Source: Octopus sinensis (Eukaryota). Taken from it: DNA of 64,000 nt. The notes below the pieces were generated by a model that was not told where the DNA came from, made no database searches, and saw only the letters and a list, made by a program, of their open reading frames with translations. Within the stretch, counting starts at the first letter, position 1. The number at the start of each line of letters is the position of its first letter. Where the stretch lies: contig NC_043000.1 of the NCBI RefSeq assembly GCF_006345805.1, forward strand, positions 49,042,001 to 49,106,000. The letters run 5' to 3'. A program made the translations under genes and the position numbers. Shown one piece after another: positions 26,746-39,314 of the stretch.

Positions 26746-28324
26746 AGGAGAAAGTATTATTATTGTTGTTGTTAATGTCAAAACATTGATAAACGAGTAA
26801 AACTTAATAAAATATAGCAAACTATCGTCCGTAGCGGTTGTAGAAGCAGCAGTAGTAATGTTAACTATTGTTGTTGAAGTCTTCAACCTTGTAATTTGTT
26901 AAAAGAAATTGTTTTCACGATGTTCTTACAGTAATCGTTTTATTTATATTGCATGTTTCCACATCACAATCAACAGCAGCTTTGTGAACTGTGTTACGAA
27001 CAAACTTTATCATGATCATCATGATCATCATCATCACCATTATCAGCATCATCATCATCACCATCATCATCGTTTTTGATATTATTTTTATTATTACTAG
27101 TATCAACAGTAGTATCAGATTATATTCCCATCATCATCAATATTATCAGAGATAAAAATTCAATAGCCCTATTGATATTCTAATATTTTTCGAAGCAAAC
27201 TACGTCGTTTAAATGTGCAATTCCCTAATCAATTGTAAATTTCCAAACCTTTTCTGGAGAATCCAATAAAAGAAAATATATATATATATCTAACAACCAT
27301 ACAACCATAACATTATCATGACAATACAGCAATGGCATGTAAGACATTGTTACGGGTATTAAAGAGAAGGGTGCTTTCTTCTCCTAAATGGAGAATGCAT
27401 AATGATTGTTCAAAATTCATTTTATATGTCTTAAAATATACTACAATTACATTATTATCTTGCATTATTTTCTTCTATTATATTCTCCTTCTTTCTCACA
27501 CCAGTTGATAGCGATAGCTTTGTTATAAGCCATTGAAAGTTAAAACTCGAAATGTGCTTAAAGAAATTATAACGGTAATCTAATCCATGTTAAGTTGATA
27601 TTCTGTTGTCTTCAATAAGAAACAACATCACAGGTTTTGTTGAGTGGCAGACAATACTTCCTTGTGATATTTAGTTTCATCCTTTCCCTTTTGAATTTAA
27701 ATTTAACTGGACTCAAATTTGCTTTCCATTATTCAGGAGTTGATAAAATAAGTACAAATGCTGAGTCGATCTAATAGGCTATTCAACATCACACCTAATA
27801 GTAATATTTTATGTTTGTGTTAGAAATTTTTACTTGCAGTGTAACATTAATAATTTACTTTAAGACAATCGTTTTGGAGGAATATGTATGAGGTTACAAA
27901 TTTATTTAGATTTCGTTTCATTTCTTTTACTAATTACTCTCATTGAACCGCGGTCATGTTGACATATGTCATTCACGAGTCTGATAAAACCATATCGATA
28001 TCAACACTCAGTTTTTCAGGCTGACATTTATTTTATCGGGATCTCTTTGAAGATTGGGACGTTACACAAAAAAGAACGCAAGTTGATACGCAAGCGTATA
28101 CAAGTAAATATATGTTTACTCGATAATACGAGTCATACATAACATGCGCTCAGATACCCCCACATTAATATGTACGTATGATTTTATGCGCGTGTGTATG
28201 TGTACATGTGTGTATTAAGCTGGTACACTAACATGCACACATACATACCAGAACACACACAAATATATACGTAGGAACAAAGAATTTATGCTTGCGTTCA
28301 GGTAACTTTTCAACTATACAACTA

Positions 28325-28373
<49 letters not shown>

Positions 28374-28436
28374 ATATGAGTATGTGTGTGTATGTGTGTT
28401 CACTTGAAAAATATTTAATTATTATTTATTGGATTT

Positions 28437-28620
28437 AAGGCCGCGTGCTGACAGAATCGATAGCACGCCAGACAAAATGCTGAGCAGCATTACATTATGA
28501 GTTCAAATTCTGCTGAGGGCCGACATTACATTTCATTCACTCGGGGTCAATAAAATAAGTACCTGTCGAGCTTCCTCCCCACAAAAGTTCAGGTCTTGTG
28601 CCTATAGCAGAAAGGATTTT
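28437..28620 (+). mobile_element. tRNA-derived SINE, family A
   Basis: AAGGCCGCGTGCTGACAGAATCGATAGCACGCC head, GAGTTCAAATTC, GGGGTCAATAAAATAAGTAC. Confidence 0.75.
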
Positions 28621-28639
28621 TTATTGCAGAATTTAGCCA

Positions 28640-28812
28640 GTGAGCTGAAGAATTGATCAGTGAGTCGCATAAAATTCATAGCAGTAATTTTTCTGGCTTT
28701 ACGTTCTGCGTCACCGAAGTAGACATTGCTTTTTAGCCTTTCGAGGTCGAAAAAATAAGTAAATACTGGTTGAACAAAATCGCTGGCCTTCTGCCAAAAA
28801 TTAGAAAGAATT
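28640..28812 (+). mobile_element. tRNA-derived SINE, family A (second tandem copy, degenerate)
   Basis: TTTACGTTCTG..CCGAAGTAGAC..GCCTTTCGAGGTCGAAAAAATAAGTA..GGCCTTCTGCCAAAAATTAGAAAGAATT. Confidence 0.65.
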
Positions 28813-29018
28813 ATTTTTCTATTGGTTTGGAAGATCGTTGGAAGATGTCTCCTTCGTACATTATGTATCACCAAGGCCAATTTTTCTTTTCGTCCTTTGC
28901 AACTGATGATCATGTTAAAAAGAAAGCACTGATTGTCATCGTGCAGGCTTACACACATATACACCCACACAACCTCTCCCTCTAAATCTCGCTCTCCACT
29001 TCTTTCCCTCTATCTTTG

Positions 29019-29049
<31 letters not shown>

Positions 29050-29129
29050 ATTTCTAAGAAAATAGCCGAGAGGCTTTTGAAGAATTTTTTCATTACACAA
29101 TGAGAACTGATTTTGTATAAGAATTCAAT

Positions 29130-29440
29130 GTTTCAGTTTCGTTACGCATATATCTGCCTTGAACTGAAAAATTCGTAGAAGTTGCTTCCACAAGAAGCTG
29201 ATTTTCAACCGAAAAGTTCACTTCCTCATAGCATTTGAAATCTTCGCTTCTTTTTTGCAACACTTCATTGAGAAATAAGGTCTTTCTGTAACGTTCTTAC
29301 CTAATATGGGGGCATATCCATAGATTTTGCAATCCACTTAACAGGCGCATTTTCATGTTTGATCATTTTCACTTCACTCGCATCTTTGCCAGCTCAAAAC
29401 ATTTTGGTGCTAAACCTCTTCATTCACTCGACAATTGACC
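29130..29440 (-). mobile_element. Degenerate mariner transposase C-terminal fragment
   Basis: Minus-strand peptides across frameshifts, QL..VNEEV, MIKHENAP, MPPY*, LFLNEV..FKCYEEV, echo mariner QLDRLNEA..HDNA..HPPYSPDL..LF..F..EEV. No TIRs found. Confidence 0.45.
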
Positions 29441-29907
29441 CCTTAAAGCTTCGTTCTGACAATGCTATATACGCTTCGATAATCAATACAGGAAACTTGA
29501 GCTGTATCACCATCAACATCAATGCTTTCGAATAACTTGCCCGTGTGTATTTTATTGGTTTCAAATTTTGGGCAGCAATTTCGGTCAATTACATCGATCC
29601 TACTGTTCAACTGGCACTTAGTTTATCGAACCTGGACGGATGAAAGGCAAAGTCAACTACGGTGGTATTTGAATTTAGAACAGAGTCGGAACAAAGGCTG
29701 CTAACCTTGCGTAATTTGTTGATATATTTTTCCATTGGATTAAACTATTACGTTTCGTCAAATTGGAATTACTATTAACCCAAATTACAAATGAATTCAT
29801 GTGTATACCAGCAAAGAAGAACAGATATAACTAGTTAGAAGCAAATACTATGAACGGACGCCTGTTAATGCTCCCTATGTGATTGGACATATCTATATAT
29901 ATGTATA

Positions 29908-29938
<31 letters not shown>

Positions 29939-30000
29939 GCGTATATCCATTTGCACGTCTATTAATACACACACACGCGCGAACATCTATATATATATAC

Positions 30001-30051
<51 letters not shown>

Positions 30052-30054
<3 letters not shown>

Positions 30055-31315
30055 GGGTTGGGCAAAATAATGGAAACAACTAGCATCATAGAATCATAAT
30101 TTTGATATATCTATAAAACCGTCAAAAGCTTGTTTATTTTTATGTTTTGTTTTATTTATTATTATTGCTGCTTAATATGTTTTGCTAAAATTGCTGTTTC
30201 TTTTCAAATATCATCAGAAAAAGGTAATTAAAATTCAAATAAAATGACAGATCTATTGAACTTTCACAGAGGTCAAATTGTTGGTGCTGGTACGACAGGT
30301 GCTAGCGTAACTAAAACAACCGAAATGTTTGCTGCATCAAGAAGTATTGTCTTGAAAGTAATGGTTGCCTTTAAGAAATAGGGAAAAACCTCCTTGTTGA
30401 AACAAAATTATGGAAGAAAACCAAAACTTTCAGATAGGGACCGTCGGACTTTTATGCAAATTGCTAGAAAGGATCACAAAAGTACAGCTCTCCATATTAC
30501 TGCAGAGCTTAATGACCACTTCGAAAACCCAGTTTCCACAAAAACTGTTCGCCGGATTTCATAGGAGGGCCGCAACCAGAAAACCACTACTTTCAAAAAG
30601 AAACGTTACAAAGCGTTTAGAGTAGAGTAAAAACCTACAGAATAAGTCCCTAGAGCAGTGGAAGAATGTTATTTTCTCGGAGGAGTCATCCATTACCTTA
30701 TTTCCGACTCCGGCCGAGTATACATGTGGAGACAACCAAAAGAAGCATTTGACCCAGACTGCCTTCTTCCCACTGTTAAACATGGAGGCGGATCTGTGAT
30801 GATCTGGGGGGTCTATATCTTGGAAATCCGCCGACCCAAAGGTTTCCCTTCATGACAGAATTAATATCAATACACACGTAAACGTAAATAGTCAAGACTA
30901 TTCAACTATTTTATCTGATCAAATTCATCTTATAGTTGCGGAACTGTTTCCAGAGGGAAATGCAATCTTTCAATATGATAATGCACCAATTCACACGGCT
31001 GAAATTGTTACTGAATGTCACGAGGAACCTTTTGTGAAGTTGAGCATCTTACCTAGCCACCACAGTCCCGAAATCTCCATATTATTGAACATTTATGGTG
31101 CATTTTAGAAAAACAAGTAAGGTGTCGATATCCTCCACCATCATCACTACAAGAATTCGTGACTGTTTTAGCTGAAGAATGGACAAACAATTCAAACTTT
31201 GTACGAGTCCATACCTCGTAGAATTCAAGCTGTAATTACTGTCAACGGCCGTCCTAGCCCATGTTAAAATAAATTTGAAATTTTAAAGTGTTTCCATTAT
31301 TTTGCCTAACCCCTG
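30052..31315 (+). mobile_element. Full-length Tc1-family DNA transposon (inactive)
   Basis: 27-bp TIRs, CAGGGGTTGGGCAAAATAATGGAAACA (30052-30078) and 31289-31315 (1 mismatch). TA target on both sides. Left end abuts (TA)n. Confidence 0.95.
30244..31266 (+). pseudogene. Tc1-like DDE transposase pseudogene
   Basis: MTDLLNFHRGQIVGA.., GRKPKLSDRDRR, VIFSEESS (first D lost), VWRQPKEAFDPDCLLPTVKHGGGSVMIWG, FQYDNAPIHTA and a frameshifted SP..IIEHLW. In-frame stops present. Confidence 0.93.
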
Positions 31316-32136
31316 TATAATATATTGAGTTAGGAAACAGAAAGATCTAATAGATACAAATGAATTTATTAATTCATCAACATGTTAACCAAAAATGTTT
31401 CCATTTCTCAAATAAGATTAAAATTACAAAGACTACAAAAAATATACTTTCGCATTTTAAATACCGTATAAGGACAATCGTTAGTGTTTTCAGAGGATAA
31501 TGATAATTACATTAGGATACTTTCGGAATACACAGAATATATAGACATGTTTACGATGTGTGTATGTATACATACACACATAGTAAACATAATTATATAT
31601 TCTGTATATTTCAAAAGTATCCCAATAATCATTATTGTCATCTCAAAACCCTGACGATTTTCCTTATAAGTTATTTAAAGTGCGAAAGTATACTTTTATG
31701 TATGCTTTCGAATTTTAATCTTATTTGAGAAATGAAACAATAGTTGGTTAATATTGATTAATAGATTCAGTTGTATCCATTAGATCTCTCTGTTTTCCAA
31801 CTAATAGAAATGTCTGATATCTTACGATATCCTATATAATATATTCATTGAAGGATTTTTCTCTTCAAAATTTAATGCATTAAATCAGTGTACCATGGAT
31901 AAATATCCCTATAAGAGGTTTGGATTTCCACATTGTGACTCTATAAAAGAGAATATGGCAGCGTTTACTGGAAATTAATTGTTATCGCCATATTAATATG
32001 GCATTCTTATAGATATAAGAATAATCGCTGTCATGGTCAGCTCCATGAGGCCACCGCCATCAAGATAGCTATTGATACACGATCTGTATCCATTATAACC
32101 TTCGAACAAGGGAGGTCAGCCGCTTCACACTGCCAG

Positions 32137-32193
32137 TCCGACAGCTACAGACGCGTTTCGGGGTATTGCCCTTGTCAATGTAGCGCAGTCAGA
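32137..32193 (-). ncRNA. Minimal type I hammerhead-ribozyme-like motif (U3:A8 variant)
   Basis: Minus strand: GCTACA-TTGACAA-GGG CAATA CCCC-GAAA-CGCGTC-TGTAGC. Confidence 0.65.
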
Positions 32194-32690
32194 CCCGCAG
32201 GTGTCGCCACTGACGTCTCTGTTCGAAGGCTTATATTTACCTAGTTTCAGTGGAATACATCCACTTGTTTTCAATAATAGAAATATTGAAATTACTAAGT
32301 CTCTATAAAAGAGAATATGGCAGCGTTTACTGGAAATTAATTGTTATCGCCATATTAATATGGCATTCTTATAGATATAAGAATACTCGCTGCCATGGTC
32401 AGCTCCATGAGGCCACCGCCATCAAGATAGCTATTGATACACGATCTGTATCCATTATAACCTTCGAACAAGGGAGGTCAGCCGCTTCACACTGCGATTA
32501 TTCTTATATCTATAAGAATGCCATATTAATATGGCGATAACAATTAATTTCCAGTAAACGCTGCCATATTCTCTTTTATAGAGACTTAGTAATTTTAATA
32601 TTTCTATTATTGAAAACAAGTGGATGTATTCCACTGAAACTAGGTAAATATAAGCCTTCGAACAGAGACGTCAGTGGCGACACCTGCGGG

Positions 32691-32748
32691 TCTGACTGCG
32701 CTACATTGACAAGGGGCAATACCCTGAAACGCGTCTGTAGCTGTCGGA
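32691..32748 (+). ncRNA. Minimal type I hammerhead-ribozyme-like motif (U3:A8 variant)
   Basis: Stem I GCTACA/TGTAGC, extended by TCTGAC/GTCGGA. Core TTGACAA (32706-32712). Stem II GGGG-CAATA-CCCT. GAAA, then palindromic stem III ACGCGT with a GUC site (predicted cut 32735/32736). Confidence 0.7.
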
Positions 32749-32914
32749 CTGGCAGTGTGAAGCGGCTGACCTCCCTTGTTCGAAGGTTATAATGGATACA
32801 GATCGTGTATCAATCGCTATCTTGATGGCGGTGGCCACATGGAGCTGACCATGGCAGCGATTATTCTTATATCTATAAGAATGCCATATTAATATGGCGA
32901 TAACAATTATATAT

Positions 32915-32948
<34 letters not shown>

Positions 32949-33819
32949 CATACCCCTATGAGAATATGAATTTGTGTATGTATATATGTATGTGTATAAG
33001 ACATCCATGCATGCATATATAAACGTGTCTGTGAGGAGTGTGCGTGAGTGCGTTTGTGTGTGTTGTCTAATAAGACTTCAATGGCGTGTCTTTTAAAAGT
33101 CGATTATTAATTACTGGAAGGTAACACACCAATAATTCTTAAACCACAAGAGATTGTAAACCAAAAATCGTATGGAATTATTTTCAGTCATGTCGCTGAA
33201 TTTCTGCAAATCTATGTTGTGAAAATACGGTGATGAAAGTACCTATGATAAATTAATTCCAAATACTCCCTCCACTTCGGTAAGGAATCAGCTGCTTATG
33301 TAGATTTAACGTGCTGCCAAGTTAATATTGTATTTCGTTTGTTTATACGAAAGAATAATCTTCTCAGCTACGTCTTACTTAACCAAGTGAATATTCAAGA
33401 ATAATTACGTGTAGTTACTTTGTCTTTCTTTTAATTCAGATTGTTAAAAGTAAATGTACGTGGAAACAGAGAGTATATTATCAGCACCTTACAATACACA
33501 AAATATCTAGCGTTACTCCAAAATACAGTAAAATGGCAAAAACTGTAGATTGTGACAGAAAGTTCTTTATGATAATTAAATTTTGTTACCCTCGAAGTTC
33601 TTAAGTTAGCGATAGGTTTTTTGACAATTCTTTGATAATTTGGCAAAACAGAGAAACATATAATCAGGGATTGATTCAGTTTTGTGTTTGTGTGTGTGTA
33701 AGTGTTCATATACATGTGTGTGTGTGTGTGTATGTAAGCATGTATGGACGTATATAAGCACATATGAATCATATATGTGCATAAAAATACACGTGTATAC
33801 ACACACATGTATATATAGT

Positions 33820-34030
33820 TCAAATTTATAGAAAACAAAAGACGAAAGGAGGTGAGGGAACAACAAGCAGGTGTATTAGTTTGACGCTCGGGAAGAATGG
33901 AACAGTTCTTGACGTTTCAAATTTAAGTTCTTCGACAGAAAATGTTAAGAGGACAACAAATGAAGAGAGAACGAAAAAAGGGAGAGAAAAATATATGTAC
34001 GTATGTTTATACCGTAACATAATTGTAATA
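33820..34030 (-). mobile_element. PLE-type pseudo-LTR-like repeat with decayed HHR (family of 46.9k and 63.9k)
   Basis: TATTAGTTTGACGCTCGGGAAG matches 63.8k. Minus strand 33908-33942 reads TTTT-CTGTCGA-AGAACTTAAATTT-GAAACGTC-AAG, with stem II degraded. Confidence 0.6.
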
Positions 34031-34089
34031 CATATAAATATATGCTACATACCGCAAATATTATCTGATAAAGCTAATGTTGAGTAGAG

Positions 34090-34122
<33 letters not shown>

Positions 34123-34154
34123 TATATATATATGTATGTATGTATGTATGTGTA

Positions 34155-34460
34155 TTTTACTTGTTTCAGTCATTTGACTATGGCCATGCTGGAGCACCGC
34201 CTTTAGCTGAGAAAATCTACCCCAGGACCTATTCTTTGTAAGCCTAGTACTTATTCTATCGGTCTCTTTTGCCAAACCGCTAAGTTACGGAGATGTAACA
34301 ACACCAGCATCGGTTGTTAAGCGATGTTGGGGGGACATACGCAGACACACAAACACACACATATATATATACATATATACGACGGGCTTCTTTCACTTTC
34401 CGTCTACCACTCACAAGGCTTTGGTCGGCCCGAGGCAATACGAGAAGGCACTTGCCCAAT
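34155..34460 (-). mobile_element. tRNA-derived SINE, family D (5'-truncated)
   Basis: Reverse complement of the 44188-44568 family, from TTTTACTTGTTTCAGTC through CACTTGCCCAA. Confidence 0.9.
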
Positions 34461-34489
34461 CTTTGTCTTTATTTCCAACTTAACAATAA

Positions 34490-34960
34490 GGTTGTGTTAG
34501 AACACAGAAGATAACGTTCTTTTTTTACCTTGAGGGGTCCTTCATAAGGACCCGTGATGCATAAAAGAACTCTTATTTATATAGCTAACACACGAGTACC
34601 GTCTACTACGGCAGTGAAAACAGCCAGATCACGTGATTTTGCTCCAACTTGTGCACTTCAGTGGCAGTCACCCGGTACCGTTATAAGAGCTGAATCTCTC
34701 GTCAGCGATGCATAGAATATCAGAGCCTCTTCAGACACTGATGTCGCAAAAATCTAGTGTGCTGATTAAAAAATAATTACTAGCGACAGAAGTACTATGA
34801 ATAACAGAAGGTAATCTTTATTTCTAACTTAAAATAGAGGCTTTGCTAGAACATCTCAAATTGATTAGAGGTGCATCAAAGCACTCTTATTTATAATATT
34901 GACACACGAGACCCGTCTGCTACGCCCGTCGGAGCTGCCAGATCACGTGATTTTACTATT
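34490..34960 (-). repeat. Diverged direct repeat (about 314-bp spacing) with LTR-like motif order
   Basis: AAAG.ACTCTTATTTATA..ACACACGAG..CCGTCT.CTACG..GCCAGATCACGTGATTTT at 34564-34640 and 34878-34954. On the minus strand the order is E-box ATCACGTGAT, TATAAATA, then AATAAA (34817-34822). Confidence 0.6.
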
Positions 34961-35239
34961 AACAATCGTAACAATATGACTCAAAACTTGAGAAACATAG
35001 GAGTCCAATGCTTCTGATCTACGTTAATCTTTTTGCCGCGTTAATCTTTTTAGCGGGTACTCTTTTTATTCCTTTTCTTCTCTTCACAATTTCTCCTGCC
35101 CATTTCTTTACTATCTTTTCTCAATTTCTTCGGCCCATTTCTCTATCTGTGAAAGGACTTTATCTATTCTTCCTTCAGATTCAAATTAATAACATTGGTT
35201 TTGAACGTCTCTTGTAATTTTGCTTTTTTATTATTTTGA

Positions 35240-35282
<43 letters not shown>

Positions 35283-36301
35283 CGGTTAGAGTCAAGGATA
35301 ACAGAAATATCTAGAAAAATGCTAAATACCTTTTTTTATGAATAATTAATTTGAAATACATTAAGAATAACAAAAAATAGTACGATATAGTAGATTTATA
35401 ACGAGATACTAACACATCCACCAGGAATTTTAGAATCAAGACTGACATTATTTTAAAGCCGCGAACCATAAAACTTCATCCTTCCCTACCTCGACAACTG
35501 CATTCTATGCTTAGTCTGCATTTGCCAATATTTATTGGATTTTTTTCGTCTTTCAGTCTTCATGTGGGAGTTCATTGATGAATGTACAATGCCTTGTCAA
35601 CACAAGATCTCGAGAGAGACAGTCATATAAAGATCTACATCAATATACTGTTTATAAATTTGCAACTTTCACAAGGAAGCAAGTTATAGTTCTTAAGCAT
35701 ATCATCAATAATAATACCGACACATCATATAACTGAATTAACACTGCATAGCAGATGCTATTCCTCTGAGGAGTCAATTATTTAATCGGATTTAATATGC
35801 TTTATTTCTGTTGGAGATTTTCACTTTATTGAGAATCATTACAGACGGACTGTGTGTCTTGTTTGAATGTAAAGCTATGTGCATTCGATGTATCTGTATT
35901 CTTATCATATCGATTAACAATAATCAACTTTTTCCAATGGATTAATGCGACCAAACCTCCTAATTTCATTATAGCTTCCGAGTTTGTGAGATGCATAGTA
36001 TCCATGCATTCAAACGTGTCAGCACTTATTTACTTCAACAAATATATTGACCCTATTCTACTGCACATAATGAAAACACACTCTATGTATGTGCGTAGCA
36101 GCAAAAATAACGCCTACGACAAAATGAACTTCAAAATTCTCTATAAACTTGCAATAAGCCTAAATGAAACACGAAATCCAATAAAATCCAGATGTTTGGA
36201 AGTAAGAATGTTCCATGAACCCTATTGTTATTTAGTATTTGTGGTGGGTTCCAGCTGCAATCGTTTGAAGGAAAGAGGAATGACGCAAGCAAAGGAAGGA
36301 G

Positions 36302-36392
36302 AGTAGCAGCAGCAGCAGCAGCAGTAGTAGTAGCAGTAGTAGTAGTATTAGTAGTAGTAGTAGTAGTAGTAGTAGCAGCAGCAGCAGCATTA
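36302..36392. repeat. Compound (GCA)n/(GTA)n trinucleotide repeat
   Basis: Directly visible. Confidence 0.9.
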
Positions 36393-37893
36393 GTACTGAT
36401 TTCAAATTTTTGTACAGGGCCAGCAGTTCAATTGTTACTTATTCTACCAACCTAGGAGAGAAGGAAGCCATCGCTTACCCGTCCGAATTCTATCTTAGAA
36501 GGTATAAAATACATAATTAAATAGACAAATACATTAAACTCGTTTGTCTGTGATATTTACTGGACGAAGAGGAAGTATGAGGTAGGCATAAGCCGAATAA
36601 TTAAAGACAGAAATGTTGCAAATCGTGCATCCATCGAAGCACCGAGAGTTTCATGATTTTCGTTATTTAATGTTCAAATACGGACCCGTTTCATAATACG
36701 TGAGGAAACAAACTAAATATTATGATACATTTAGTTTGGTACTTTACTCTCTGAGTAGTATCCATGTTCTTTCATAGAAGAAATGTTTAGGAATGTAAGA
36801 CTTATAATACTATATGGTAGAATTTGAAATGCTTCATGGAATGTATCATATTATTTTGTATCGATATTTACCAACATCACTGGCTTCTAGGACACAAAGT
36901 TAATATTTTAAGCAGAAATGATAGGCAAAACTCTCGTAGAGAAATGATTTATCTTAACCTCCTCTGTATTATACTACACTCAAATATGATATGGTGTTTA
37001 CAAAAAGCCGATGGCATATGTAAATATTTAGCAAAACCTAAACGAACATACTGAAAACATTAGCACATCTATCATCACCGTTTGCTGTTTTGTATTATGT
37101 ACTGAAAACATCACAACTAGTTAGATTCATGCTTGAATACGCTGATGCAAAAAGAAATATTTCATCTATTTTATATCGATAAAGAAAAGAAAGTCTGATA
37201 TCGAAGATATCTGATGTCTAGAACTATGCAAATAACCGAATAATTATTATACCAAGATGCATAAATGCCTTGAACTTTTTGTTTTTGCTTCACCAGACAA
37301 TCAACTTTTTACTGTTTTTATGAGGATGGGAGCTACAAATAGCAATGCACTTGGAATTCTAAACAAGCATGAAATATACTGTGGTTATATGATGTGCTTA
37401 AGAATACAAGACCAGTAAGGTCGAATCTAATTTAATCTTGTAAAGCTATAAATAATGGTATTTTGTATGCGGCTGTTTCTTACGTTCTATGAAAGGAGGG
37501 ATAAAAGAAAATGTGAGTCACATGGAATTTAATCGAAATAACGATGTGTTTTGGATTTATGTGCCAAGAGAAAACCTCAGAATAGAATCTAAAATTATAA
37601 AGGAAAAATATTGTTGTAGATATTTGAACCACTGGTTGAACAAAGTAGAAGAAAATTTACTGATGAGCTGAGAGTTCGGATGTAATAAACTTAATTGCAA
37701 TTTTTTAAGTTGCAAGAACGTAGCTCATTCTAAATTTCCATAATAGCTAACAAAATTTGATATGGCTTGGGAAATGAGCTACGCTGATAATTTGAAAGTC
37801 AGTAGAACCATTATATATATATATATATATATATATACATAGATAGATACATACATACATATATATATTATATATATATATACATATATATGC

Positions 37894-37976
<83 letters not shown>

Positions 37977-38983
37977 TATATGTGTGTGTGAATATGTATA
38001 CTTATGTATGTATGTGTATATATGAATGTATGTATGATTTGTATGAAAGTTAAGAGCTACACTTGACTTTTAAATCATAGGTTACAACATACAGCAAGAG
38101 CCTAAAAAATTCGAAGATATAAATTCATTTTAAGACCAGATAAGGAGATATAGCAAGGGAATTTAGGAAATATAATAGCATTTTCCAGTTTCAAGTGTTA
38201 GCTAGCAGTTAAAGCAAAACGGTTACGGTAAATTAAAAGTCAAGCGATCACAAATTAATTGAGCGAAAAAAAAATAATTAAAGTAACAATAATTTGCTAA
38301 GGCCATGTTATATTTCCCTATACACTAATAGAGAAAATAATGCAAGAAAATTCTTAAGACATTTTAATTTCCAATATTAAATGTCGTAACGAATCCCAAG
38401 TGGTGCAGGCTACGATTGTTCTAAATAATATGTTAATGAAACCGTGTCCAAATGCAGATAATATGTTATGCTATTCAATGCGCCTATAAAACAAATAGCT
38501 TCGGTATCATTAATTTCAAATATTTTCTTTTATTAATATGTACTTTTATTCCATGATTTTAGGATTTTGTAATACTATTTAAACTACAAATTTAGACAAA
38601 CAGGAAACTGATTAAGAAGGACTGGTGAGAATTACAAACATTCGTATTAAATAGTCAAATAACTACATTTATTTTCCCTTCGTTAAAGTTTATTTAAAAC
38701 CAATTTATTAGTTCAAGTTTGTCTTGAAATATTAAGTTTTCCAAATATAACAATTCTCTAGGACCATTTATATCTTTGCCAAAATTTTGATGGAAAATGT
38801 ACATTTCTGAATATAGATGTAATCACAGGCTGATCACACAAGGCATACGTTAATTTCATGTTTAAGTAATTTTTAATATTCAACGTCAATGTACTATGAA
38901 CGTGAATGGAATTATTTTGTAAAACGTTGTTACTTAAGTCTGATCACTTTAAAGGGGTAATATACCACTACTCTTAATATAAG

Positions 38984-39314
38984 AAGGGGTTCTCAATCAT
39001 TTTTAATTTATGGTCCCCTTTGATTACTAGTTTATTCTGGTGGATTTCATTGTCAGTCGATGTTTAAAAACTAGTTCTATAGATATTTCTTTAACAATTC
39101 CAATTTAGTTTTTCACACATCAACTTGTGTAGGTTGAACTATGTAAAACGTTCACGAAAGAAACCTTGCTGTTTCTTGCAATACGTACCAGTATATCAAC
39201 ATCCAAAGCAAAATGTTTTCAGGAGCCTTTAAAATACTACTGTGAACCCCTAATTTATTACTTTCTTGAGTAGACCATCAAAAGTTTTATATGGACCCTA
39301 GTGGTGAACTACTG
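38984..39314. mobile_element. Possible hAT (Charlie-like) MITE
   Basis: Ends AAGGGGTTCTCAA and GGTGAACTACTG resemble CAGTGGTTCTCAA-type termini. 8-bp TSD is not clean. Confidence 0.4.

Larger units (their letters stand above)
31939..32909. mobile_element. Penelope-like pseudo-LTR array: 362-bp unit in partial tandem plus an inverted copy
   Basis: Unit starts CTCTATAAAAGAG at 31939 and again at 32301. 31976-32390 is the reverse complement of 32494-32909 with about 7 differences. Each full unit carries an HHR-like motif. Confidence 0.8.

Noticed and set aside
31939-32909. CRISPR or bacterial/phage system
   Set aside because: No short repeat-unique spacer array and no prokaryotic gene structure anywhere in the window.
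34520-34570. Hairpin plus ATGCAT palindrome with HHR-like topology
   Set aside because: Core nucleotides do not match CUGANGA/GAAA at most positions.
37660-37690. CTGATGAGCTGAGAGTTCGGATGTA
   Set aside because: GAAA is absent and stem I is unsupported. The CTGACGA at 56786 and the minus-strand CTGATGA near 8690 fail for the same reason.
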